From NCBI GenBank assembly GCA_049971805.1, contig JBMFKU010000014.1, positions 1 to 35,974 on the forward strand: a DNA stretch of 35,974 nt. The letters run 5' to 3'. The stretch comes from Caldisphaera sp. Its GTDB lineage: Archaea; Thermoproteota; Thermoprotei_A; Sulfolobales; Acidilobaceae. Made by a program: the position numbers and the translations under genes. A model generated the notes under the pieces. The model was not told the origin of the DNA, ran no database searches, and worked only from the letters and a program-made list of their open reading frames with translations. Positions 1-8,514 of this stretch are shown here, piece by piece; the first letter of the stretch is position 1, and every line of letters begins with the position of its first letter.

Positions 1-102
1 GGGCTTCCCCACACCTTATTGTTTTCACAATACCTTAACACATTTTAGAATTTTTAAAACTTTATTTGCCCCTCAGAAGGGGTGAGGCTTGCCATTCTTT
101 TT
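1..102 (-). mobile_element. Probable terminus (likely left end) of an IS200/IS605-family element or derived MITE, continuing beyond the window start
   Basis: The minus strand reads TGAC|AAAAAGAATGGCAAGCCTCACCCCTTCTGAGGGGC. This is a GC-rich subterminal hairpin (CCCCT-CAGA-AGGGG, 69-82) in AT-rich DNA, resembling my recollection of Sulfolobales IS200/IS605 ends (GGCAAGCCTC...CCC-loop-GGG). No tnpA or tnpB is visible inside the window. Confidence 0.5.
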
Positions 103-147
103 GTCATTTTATAACTTAACTACAAAAATGCAAGCAAGAACTTAACC

Positions 148-171
148 ATTGTTAACTGGGGAGTTAACAAT
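148..171. repeat. Perfect 10-bp inverted repeat ATTGTTAACT-GGGG-AGTTAACAAT
   Basis: Read directly from the sequence: arms at 148-157 and 162-171 with a 4-nt loop. Confidence 0.85.
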
Positions 172-225
172 AAATTTTTATTTTTAATGTCATATTAATT
201 TTTAATTACATCAAGATTTAAGATA

Positions 226-530
226 TTGGTAAAAAAATTGGATCAAAAAATAAAGGTTTTATTTTCCAGAAATATAGTTATTTTATTTGCTGTATTAATA
301 TTAATTGTTATAGGTATTGGGTTTTATCATTTTATAAGAATTCACGAAGTTTTAACTTGATATTATTTAATTCTAGTTGCGGTTACTTTAATATCTCTAA
401 TTATTCTTCTAATTGCATTCCTAAGCATATTTAACACATACACTATATTGGATGGTAATCAAATAGAAACAAAATCATACATATATAGAGAAAAGATTTC
501 AAAAGATAATTTAGAAAATATTTATGTAAC
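226..530 (+). pseudogene. Remnant of a small two-TM membrane protein with an in-frame TGA, fused to a panB fragment
   Basis: The frame from TTG 226 reads MVKKLDQKIKVLFSRNIVILFAVLILIVIGIGFYHFIRIHEVLT*YYLILVAVTLISLIILLIAFLSIFNTYTILDGNQIETKSYIYREKISKDNLENIYV. It has two hydrophobic helices and a single TGA at 358-360, and is in the same frame as ORF 448-684. Confidence 0.55.
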
Positions 531-758
531 CAGTTGTATTGGTAGCGGACCATATTGTAATGGTCAAATAATGGTTATAAATGATTTATTAGGTCTCGGA
601 GACTATTATCCTGAGTTTGCAAAGAATTATGTAGATTTAAAATCAATAATAAAAGAAGGCATATTAAATTATAAACTGAAGTAGAAAGTGGTAAGTTCCC
701 TGAAAAATATTGGGGTATAAAAAGCAATGAAGATAAAAAGAAATTCATGGAAGAATAA
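531..758 (+). pseudogene. panB: 3' fragment of ketopantoate hydroxymethyltransferase (PanB), frameshifted
   Basis: CIGSGPYCNGQIMVINDLLGL...PEFAKNYVDL matches the PanB C-terminal GIGAG.xCDGQVLV..DLLG...PKF.K.Y motif. After a 1-nt frameshift at ~673-675 it continues TEVESGKFPEKYW (PanB EV..G.FP) to TAA 756-758. The N-terminal catalytic region is absent. Confidence 0.85.
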
Positions 759-1104
759 TCTTTTTTAATAAAGCAATAAGCAATCAATAAAAAGCTTCGT
801 TATTTATTCATAATATTATTAATAAAATTTCATTTACTATTGCAATAAAGTATTAACTAGCCTTAGTTATGACCAAGCATATTATTTTATAAAGTATTTA
901 TAATCATTTCAGAATAATTTATAGTGAAAATTAATTTTAAATTTTTTTATAACATAAGTTTATTATAAAATTCTTAAAAAATAAGAAAAACATTACAACT
1001 AATAAAAACTTAATTAACTAAATTGGCTAACTAAATCTTTATTAATAATTATACGCATAAGAAATTTATACTCTTTAAAGAATAATTTAATTAGGTGCTT
1101 TTGT

Positions 1105-2648
1105 TTGGATAATAAAGAGAATCCAAACAAAAGTACAGGCCTTAAAAAGGAATTATCATTTTTGGAAATATTTATAGCAGGCGTAGTAGGAGCTGTTGGT
1201 ACTGGAGTATTATTTTCAACTGCTGGAATGGCTGGATATGCAGGACCCTCATTAATTATTTCATGGATTATTGGAGCACTATTTTATACATTTATTGCTA
1301 TTCCAATTATTGAGTTATCATTAGTATGGCCAGAAGCAGGAGGACCTGCAAGGTATCCCTTATATACACATGGAAACATTTTAAATCTATTATCATCGTT
1401 TATGAACTTAGTTTGGTATCTTTTTATCCCTCCAATAGAAGCTTTAGCAACTGTTGAAGGATTGGCGTATTTCTTTCCAAAACTATTGGTTCCAAATTCT
1501 ACAATACCAACACCTCTAGGAGCTATTGTTGGTACTATCTTGTTGCTTTTATTTGTTCCATTTAATTATTATGGTGTTAAGGTATTTGGGAAATCTACAT
1601 TAGGATTAGGCATTTTTAAATTAATATTATATATTGTTGCAGCTTTATCAATTTCTTTTGTGTTTTTCTCGGCTAAGAATTTCATATCTCTACCCGGAGG
1701 ATTTATTCCATATGGTTTCTCAGGAATATTTTATGCAATACCTTTGGCTATGTTTGCATATGGTGGAATAAGAGTTATACCAGATTTTGCAGAAGAAGTA
1801 AAAGATAAAAACTTCTTGGGAAAGGCTATAATTTTAGTAGTTATTGGACAAACTATTATTTATATATTATTTTCAATAGTTTTTGTTGGAGGCATAAAAT
1901 GGAATTCTTTTGGCTTTAAACCAGGCGACTGGACTTCCATATCTAATTTACCAGGTAATCCTTTTGTTGATATTTCATCTGCTATTCATTCCAACATATC
2001 ATTGTTCTTAATATTAATTGTTGCTATACTTGGTCCTTTTGTAACAGGATATATATATATTTAGGTGGTGGAACTAGAGTAGTTTTTTCTATGGCAAGAT
2101 CTGGATATATGCCAGAAAAATTAAAGGAAGTAAGCGAAACATATGCTATACCATATTGGTCTTTGATAGTATTTGCAATAATTGGTGCAATATTAACTTT
2201 TCTAACAGCACCTGTCCATGCAATTTATTCTTTATTGGAAGATGCTGTAGTTGGCGGTTATCTAGCTTTTGCTACACTACCAGTTACTATGCTTTCAGCT
2301 AGAAGGAAAGGATTAACTCCAAATAATTATAGATTGCCTATTGGTTGGCTATGGAGTGGTTTGGCTTTTATTTCTGCTTCATTAATTGCTTTTTGGAGCG
2401 GATGGCCATCTGTTCCATATGCAATTGCTATAGGAATTGTTGCCTCTATTGTATTCGGATTTATATTTAAAGTTAAAGGAGACTTTAAAAAATCTATATG
2501 GTATGTTGTTTATCTTATATTCATATTAATTATGACATATATAGGTAGTGATGGTGCATTAAATATAATAGGCTTTATACCATCAACAATAATAGTTGCT
2601 GTAGTTTCAGTTTTTATATTCTTGCCATGGGGATTATTAAGTTCATAA
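1105..2648 (+). pseudogene. APC-family amino acid permease, split by a 2-nt frameshift in an (AT)6 tract
   Basis: ORF 1105-2064 carries LKKELS, VGTGVLF, ELSLVWPEAGGP and FAYGG. ORF 2091-2648 carries MARSGYMP and YRLP. Removing one AT unit at 2049-2060 joins them as ...GYIYLGGGTRVVFSMARSG..., about 513 aa. Confidence 0.9.
2049..2060 (+). repeat. (AT)6 dinucleotide microsatellite at the permease frameshift
   Basis: Sequence GG-ATATATATATAT-TTAGGT. Confidence 0.95.
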
Positions 2649-3003
2649 TTTTTATTTTTTATATTATACGGGATAAACACTTAATGCTACTTAACATAAA
2701 TTATTTTGAAGATACATTGTTTAATTTTAATAGACGCATATATAAGTATGTTAAATGAATGTACTTTCTAGTCTAACAACTCTTAATAAAATCTTCTTTT
2801 ATTAATTATCATTATTTTAAATTACATAGATCTTATGAAACTAATTAAAAAATTGAATAATTTACTTAAGAAATACAGTAAATACTATATATTATTATAA
2901 TTATAACGAAAAGTAGCATATATAAAGAGCATTAACCCTTTAGATCTCGAAAAACCCTTTACTTTAGGGTTAGAAGAGGCAAATAAATTAGGAGGGAGAC
3001 ACA

Positions 3004-3708
3004 TTGGCAATTAAATTAGTAGCGACAGATATTGATGGGACATTAACAATAAGGAGAGGAGATGTGAGAATAAGCACGGATGCTATTAATGGTATTAGAT
3101 TATTAGAGTCCAATGGAATTAAAGTATCATTAGTTTCAGGTAACTCTTTACCAGTTACATTAGGATTAAGAGGATATATAGGTGCTACAGGGCCCGCGAT
3201 AGCTGAAAATGGTTGTGTAGTTTATTATCATGGATACCATCATATATGCGATAAAACTTTGCCTATTGAATTAAAAAATATGGCCTTAAAAATGGGGTTA
3301 ATCGAAAGCTGGCAAAATAACTTTAGGTTTCATGATTTGGCTTTTTTCATACCGAAAAATATAACAAATGATAAAGTAAATGAATACATAGATAATATAG
3401 AAAAAAATGCAATTCCTTACGGATACAAGGTTTTGTGGAGTGGTTATGCTATTCATATTTTACCAAGTAATGGGGGAAAATACATTGGCGTTAAGTCTGC
3501 AACAGAATTATTAGGGATTAAAATGGAAGAAATTGCAACAGTTGGAGATGGGGAAAACGATTTAGATATGCTTAGAAGTACAAAGTTTTCTGCATGTCCA
3601 GGGGATGCATCACCTTATGTAAAAAGGTTAGTCAAATACATAGCATCTAAACCCGGTGGATCGGGTTTTTTGGAGATAGCCAATTATATTATTAATAATC
3701 TAAAATAA
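3004..3708 (+). CDS. Phosphoglycolate phosphatase, archaeal HAD/Cof-type hydrolase
   Basis: HAD motif I DIDGTLT, VSGN, AENG, conserved Lys and motif IV GDGENDLDM. GGAGG SD lies before the TTG start. Confidence 0.9.
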   Translation: MAIKLVATDIDGTLTIRRGDVRISTDAINGIRLLESNGIKVSLVSGNSLPVTLGLRGYIGATGPAIAENGCVVYYHGYHHICDKTLPIELKNMALKMGLIESWQNNFRFHDLAFFIPKNITNDKVNEYIDNIEKNAIPYGYKVLWSGYAIHILPSNGGKYIGVKSATELLGIKMEEIATVGDGENDLDMLRSTKFSACPGDASPYVKRLVKYIASKPGGSGFLEIANYIINNLK

Positions 3709-3768
3709 AATCAGACATTTGTGCTCTTCATAGCCTTAGCTCAGTACTCGGCAAATTCCTCATCAATT
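3709..3768 (-). ncRNA. Box C/D methylation-guide sRNA
   Basis: The minus strand reads UUGAUGA (C) GGAAUUUGCCGAGUA CUGA (D') GCUAAGGCU AUGAAGA (C') GCACAAAUGU CUGA (D), about 56 nt with canonical spacing in an intergenic gap. The D' guide is complementary to the conserved archaeal 23S rRNA sequence ACUCGGCAAAUU. Confidence 0.88.
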
Positions 3769-3794
3769 GTTATTTGTTTTAGAAAACTTAAAAA

Positions 3795-5063
3795 TTAATC
3801 TAAAACAATTTCATCTCCGTTTGATGGTATAATAACTTCTATGCCAGTTTTTTCTTTAATTTCGTTTGCTAAGCTTGTCTGGCCTTCGTATTCACCATGA
3901 ACTAATATAATTTTTTCTATGCCCAAAATTTCCTTTACAGTTTCAATAATTCCTTTTCTATCGATATGGCTTGAAAAATCAAACCATTCAACTCTCGATT
4001 TAACATTTACCTTCGTATTGCCATCTTCAAATATGCCTTCTTCTAGTATTTTTCTACCTGGAGTTCTTGGTGCTTGAAAACTGACCATAAAAACTGCATC
4101 TTTGCTATTATTAGCAATTTTTTTCATATAATATTGACTAGGCCCACCTTTCATCATGCCAGCACTTGCTATTATTACTCCAGGTTGTTTTAAGGCTTTT
4201 CTTCTATCGCTCCATCCTTTAACTATTCTTTGCTCTTGTAATGCTCGTAGCAATATCTTTGGATTTTTTAGATAATCGCTATGGGCTATATATAGCTCAG
4301 CTATTTCTCTTATCATGCCATCTATCCAGACAGAGTATCCAAAACCTTTTTCCTCCAAAACAGACATTATTTCTTGACCTCTTGAAACCCCAAATGCAGG
4401 TACCAAAACTATCCCACCCTTTTCAACTACATCAGTTACATCGTCGTAAAACCTTTTTTCTGTTTCATCTCTTGGCGGATGATTTGATGTAGAATATGTA
4501 GACTCTATAATTAATGTATCTGCTTTAACACCATTAAGTTTATGGCCGTATTTGAGCTTAGTCTCAACATTATTAATATCTGCAGTATATAATATCTTAT
4601 GGTTGTTACTTTCGACTAAAACGCTTGCACTACCTGGTATATGACCACTATCCATTAAAGTTATTAAAAAGTTCCCATATTCTTCCGTCTTTTCATAGTT
4701 TAATGTATCGGAATAAACAAGCATATCATTAACGCTTTGTTCATCAAATGGTAAATAAGGTCCATTAAGTTTAATCATATCCATAAGCAATATCTTGCTG
4801 ATATCTAAAGTTAAAGGGGTTGCAGTCATTTTAGGCATTAAAGAAATATATAAAGTAGGAGCTGCTCCTATGTGGTCTAGATGGCTATGTGTTAATACTA
4901 TAACATCTATATCTTTAGGCCTAATATGAAAAGGAAAAATTGGTCTATCATTTCCATCAAAGTTAACCCCATAATCTAATAAAGCGTTTTTTTCTTTATC
5001 TTCGATAGCTATAGCTGCTCTACCAACTTCTCTACCACTTCCTAGTATTTTTATTTTTGTCAT
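3795..5063 (-). CDS. Beta-CASP metallo-beta-lactamase ribonuclease (aCPSF2-like, no KH domains)
   Basis: LGSGREVGR, THSHLDHIG, SGHIPGS, YTADIN, IESTY, AGMMKGG, FSSH and LVHGE motifs; 422 aa. Confidence 0.92.
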   Translation of the reverse strand: MTKIKILGSGREVGRAAIAIEDKEKNALLDYGVNFDGNDRPIFPFHIRPKDIDVIVLTHSHLDHIGAAPTLYISLMPKMTATPLTLDISKILLMDMIKLNGPYLPFDEQSVNDMLVYSDTLNYEKTEEYGNFLITLMDSGHIPGSASVLVESNNHKILYTADINNVETKLKYGHKLNGVKADTLIIESTYSTSNHPPRDETEKRFYDDVTDVVEKGGIVLVPAFGVSRGQEIMSVLEEKGFGYSVWIDGMIREIAELYIAHSDYLKNPKILLRALQEQRIVKGWSDRRKALKQPGVIIASAGMMKGGPSQYYMKKIANNSKDAVFMVSFQAPRTPGRKILEEGIFEDGNTKVNVKSRVEWFDFSSHIDRKGIIETVKEILGIEKIILVHGEYEGQTSLANEIKEKTGIEVIIPSNGDEIVLD

Positions 5064-5173
5064 TTATTTGCTAACCTCTTGATTTTCATATTAGTTTGGT
5101 GTGTTTGGGCTTAATATTTAATAATATAATATATTTACTTGTTTCTACATAAAATATACGTGGTGGAAGAAAT

Positions 5174-5542
5174 ATGATGGGAGTAAATCCTAAAGATCTA
5201 AAAAAAGCCATGAAAAGAATGGGTATGGAAATGGAAGAGCTAAAGGCAACAAACATTTCTATAAATACTGAAGATGGATCAACTTATATAGTCGATTCTC
5301 CGCAAGTGATGATAATAAAAGCAAGAGGACAGCCAACAATGCTATATATAATAGGAGAACCAAAAAAAGTTGAAAATAAAGAAAATAAAGAAATAAAAAA
5401 AGAATCAATTATGGAAATAAGTGAGGAAGATATTAAATTGGTTATGGATCAAACAGGGGTTGATGAAGCAACTGCTAGAAATGCGTTAAGAGAGACCAAT
5501 GGAGATATTGCAGAAGCTATTCTAAGGCTGAAAGGAAGTTAG
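5174..5542 (+). CDS. nac: Nascent polypeptide-associated complex protein (archaeal NAC)
   Basis: MKRMGM NAC domain plus C-terminal UBA-like EEDIKLVMDQTGV..ARNALRETNGDIAEAILRL. Confidence 0.93.
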   Translation: MMGVNPKDLKKAMKRMGMEMEELKATNISINTEDGSTYIVDSPQVMIIKARGQPTMLYIIGEPKKVENKENKEIKKESIMEISEEDIKLVMDQTGVDEATARNALRETNGDIAEAILRLKGS

Positions 5543-6269
5543 AATCCTCAGAACTGATTTTTGATCTTAGTCTTTTTATTAATTGATCTATATCTTTGAC
5601 CAGGCTTAATATTAATGGTACGCCTTCTAGTCTAGCCAATTCGATAGCTAATGGATCTATGTATCTTCTGGGCCCATGTATTATAATGATTCCAGGTTTT
5701 ACTAAAGAAACTCTAACGGCTACCATTGGGCTTCTACCTGCAGCAACATTAGAAAATACAATAGCTCTTTCTGGCGTTGAACCTAAAAGAAAATAAAACT
5801 GAGGTCCACTGAGTTCTGCTATGGCTTTAATGCTATCTATTAAGGTATACCCGTATGCCTTTATTGCATCTGAATAATCTGGTGACAAAAGAATTCCATC
5901 AACTAATTCTATTAAATCTGCAATAGACAACGGCTCATTGAATTCCATCATATCTATTATTGCTCCTCTGGGTATACCTAAAGCCTTAGATAGAGCATCT
6001 AGCTTTTTCCATCCCCTTTGATGGTCAATAACTAAAAGTGCTCTTACAAATCTTTTTATAAAGTTAGCCCCTGGCGCTCTTCTACCTTTTTCATAATCGC
6101 TAATAACACTTGCAGAAACCCCCATTATCCTAGCTACTTCAAGCTGTGAGACTTCGAAATAGTCCCTCCATTTTTTTAAACCAACATTAGGATTATTGCT
6201 GTAAACTATATCTCCTGATATTCTTCTTGCTATTAAATCGGCAATAAAATTTTGAAATGATTCCTCCAT
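5517..6269 (-). CDS. Archaeal XRE-family HTH transcriptional regulator (COG1709-like) with DRTGG-like C-terminal domain
   Basis: RISGDIV, LKKWR..F.VSQ.EVA..MGVSASVISDYEKGRR.PG, GYT.IDS and GRSPMVAVRV. Confidence 0.85.
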   Translation of the reverse strand: MEESFQNFIADLIARRISGDIVYSNNPNVGLKKWRDYFEVSQLEVARIMGVSASVISDYEKGRRAPGANFIKRFVRALLVIDHQRGWKKLDALSKALGIPRGAIIDMMEFNEPLSIADLIELVDGILLSPDYSDAIKAYGYTLIDSIKAIAELSGPQFYFLLGSTPERAIVFSNVAAGRSPMVAVRVSLVKPGIIIIHGPRRYIDPLAIELARLEGVPLILSLVKDIDQLIKRLRSKISSEDSNFLSALE

Positions 6270-6437
6270 TTTTACCCTCTTTTTAATATAATAACTGATC
6301 CTTATAAAATGTTAAATTAATGAACTTAGTAATGTTAAAAATAAATTTTTAATAGATAATATAATTAATACAATAAATTTGTCATTTAACTTTTAAATAC
6401 CTTTTATACTTGAATGTGGCGAGGTGCTAAATCCTAA

Positions 6438-6867
6438 ATGATGAAACTTGTATATTTTGCCTTTTTAGTATTGGCAAGTATAATATCAGGATTTTTTTGA
6501 AGATGTTATTGGATGGGCATTGAGGATTGGCGTTATAATTTCAGCCATATTAATAATATTTGGTTTTGCATTAATTATAATTCATAATGATGTATATCAT
6601 TATAATATAAATCAATTAGTCAGTCCAAATCAATAGTTAACACTAAAACTCTTAGATTTAGCAATTTTTACTCAAGTATGACGAAATTAAATGGGGTTGA
6701 TATTATACTGTAGGCTTAATAGTTTTAATTACAACGCATGTTTTAAGAGTATTTATAGGAATAATACAATTTGCTAGGAAAAAGATTATTTGTAGACAAT
6801 TATAACCATTATTGTTTTCTTTAACTTAATGTTTGCCATATTCATTGTACCCCATATTATAAAATAA
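6438..6867 (+). pseudogene. Degraded DUF1634-like membrane protein preceded by a 20-codon TauE/TSUP-like N-terminus
   Basis: Segments in shifting frames: MMKLVYFAFLVLASIISGFF* / FEDVIGWALRIGVIISAILIIFGFALII...SPN / SIVNT...NGVD / VGLIVLITTHVLRVFIGIIQFAR / KDYL*TIITIIVFFNLMFAIFIVPHIIK*. The LR.GV..S and GL.VLI.TP..RV motifs are typical of DUF1634. Several frameshifts and an internal stop are present. Confidence 0.75.
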
Positions 6868-6944
6868 TTTAAAAATAACACTAGATTCATAATATATACA
6901 ATACTTTAAAGTTTTTGATTATAAAGGAAATTTGGTGAATACAG

Positions 6945-7151
6945 ATGGCTAGAATAATCTTGCACGAGAGAAACCAACCATATGCAATAAAATTAGATAA
7001 TGATAAAGAAATTCATATATGTGCTTGCGGTCTTTCAAAAAATAAACCTTACTGCGATGGATCTCATAGGAAAACCCAAGATGAAGAAAAAGATAAAATA
7101 TATTTATATAATAAAGATGGACAGAGATTAGATATAGTGCCATTCTATTAA
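6945..7151 (+). CDS. CDGSH iron-sulfur domain protein
   Basis: CACGLSKNKPYCDGSH [2Fe-2S] motif; GGTGA SD upstream. Confidence 0.93.
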   Translation: MARIILHERNQPYAIKLDNDKEIHICACGLSKNKPYCDGSHRKTQDEEKDKIYLYNKDGQRLDIVPFY

Positions 7152-7194
7152 AATTTTTTAGTTTTCTAAATCATATAATTTTTGGTGCTATTGC

Positions 7195-7668
7195 ATGGCA
7201 TTTACAGGAAAAGATGCAAAATATTTTGTTCCTGATGCGGATGAGTGTCAAATCCAACCTGCTGGCATAGACCTAAGGCTGGATTCTGTATATAGATTCA
7301 AAAATAATGGAATCTTAGGAATTAATAATAGGGATCTACCGAATGTTGAAGAGCTAATACCTAGCAATGAATATTTTAACTTAGCAAAAGGGGAATACAA
7401 AATAAGATTTTTTGATATTGTTTCTATTCCGGATAATGCTATAGGACTTTGTTTACCTAGAAGCTCTTTATTGAGAATGGGGGCTACATTAAATTGCGCA
7501 TTATGGGATCCAGGATATAAAGGAAGAGGAGAGGCTTTACTATTAGTTTCAAACAATTATGGGATAAAAATACAGAGGCTAGCAAGAATTGCTCAAATGT
7601 ATTTTATTGAGCTAAAAAGCAAACCAAGCTTTTTATACAATGGTATTTATAATAATGAGAACATATAG
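7195..7668 (+). CDS. dut: Trimeric dUTPase (dUTPase/dCTP deaminase family)
   Basis: QPAGIDL, PRSSLLRMG, WDPGYKG, RIAQ and Y.G.Y motifs. The 157-aa length favours dUTPase. Confidence 0.82.
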   Translation: MAFTGKDAKYFVPDADECQIQPAGIDLRLDSVYRFKNNGILGINNRDLPNVEELIPSNEYFNLAKGEYKIRFFDIVSIPDNAIGLCLPRSSLLRMGATLNCALWDPGYKGRGEALLLVSNNYGIKIQRLARIAQMYFIELKSKPSFLYNGIYNNENI

Positions 7669-7713
7669 TTATAAAATTTGAACATTTATTAAAATATTAG
7701 AGAGGTAAAGATT

Positions 7714-8514
7714 ATGTGCAAAGCAATTATAATATCTTCCCCAACTATAGATGTTATTGAGATTAATGAAAAAAGGATCACAAGCGCCGGTGGACCACCT
7801 TTATTTATGGGGTTTGCTCTTAAAAAAATTGGTTGCGATGTAAATTTTTATGGTCCAATAGGAAAAAAAACAATGAAAACAGTTAAGCTCCAAGAAAAAA
7901 TAGGAGTTAAAACCTTAGGGGAGCAACAAGAAAATGAAGGGGCTATATTTCTTCATAAATATGATAACGGTAAAAGATTTACTTTGTTTACTGGTAACAT
8001 AAAAAGCATAAATGTTGGCAACTTAGTTAATATTATTAATAAAATGGAAAATGATTTTATCATTGTATCACCAATTAATAATGAATATCCAATTGATAAG
8101 CTTTCTATATTAAAAAAACCATTAGTTCTTGATTCCCAAGGATATTCTAGGACAATAAAAGAATGGTATAATAAATTGCCTGATTCTTATTTAGACCTAA
8201 TGCATCTATCTAATGACGATGAACCTGAATCCATATTAAACAGATTGAAAAATAAATCTGAATATATTTTATATACTGTTGGTTTAAAAAATACCATAAT
8301 AATTAATAAAGAAAAAATTATTAAGATTAAGCCCAAAGGAAACCCGGTTAAAGATATGACTGGAGCAGGTGATATTATAACAGGACTTGTATCATATTTT
8401 CTTTTTTATAAAAAATATGATATTAAGTTATCATACGCTCAATCAGAAGAGTTATTTGAGGAGATTATAAATGAAATAAGCGAAATAAAATTAAAAGTTA
8501 ATGAAGTCCAATGA
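7714..8514 (+). CDS. PfkB/ribokinase-family kinase
   Basis: N-terminal AGGP, LDSQGY.R and C-terminal DMTGAGD signature. Confidence 0.8.
   Translation: MCKAIIISSPTIDVIEINEKRITSAGGPPLFMGFALKKIGCDVNFYGPIGKKTMKTVKLQEKIGVKTLGEQQENEGAIFLHKYDNGKRFTLFTGNIKSINVGNLVNIINKMENDFIIVSPINNEYPIDKLSILKKPLVLDSQGYSRTIKEWYNKLPDSYLDLMHLSNDDEPESILNRLKNKSEYILYTVGLKNTIIINKEKIIKIKPKGNPVKDMTGAGDIITGLVSYFLFYKKYDIKLSYAQSEELFEEIINEISEIKLKVNEVQ

Noticed and set aside
358-360. In-frame TGA as selenocysteine or programmed readthrough
   Set aside because: It lies in a hydrophobic, non-redox context within a locus with other lesions, and no SECIS-like structure is seen. A Trp-to-stop mutation is simpler.
575-787. 70-aa minus-strand ORF
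   Set aside because: Antisense to the panB remnant, with no motif.
5517-5542. Convergent 3' overlaps (nac/HTH; also 8498-8514 and 11543-11546) as antisense regulation
   Set aside because: Short tail-to-tail overlaps are common in compact archaeal genomes, and nothing else supports a regulatory role.
6438-6444. ATGATGA as a C box
   Set aside because: It is explained by the Met-Met-Lys start of the TauE-like remnant, and no D box follows at the right distance.
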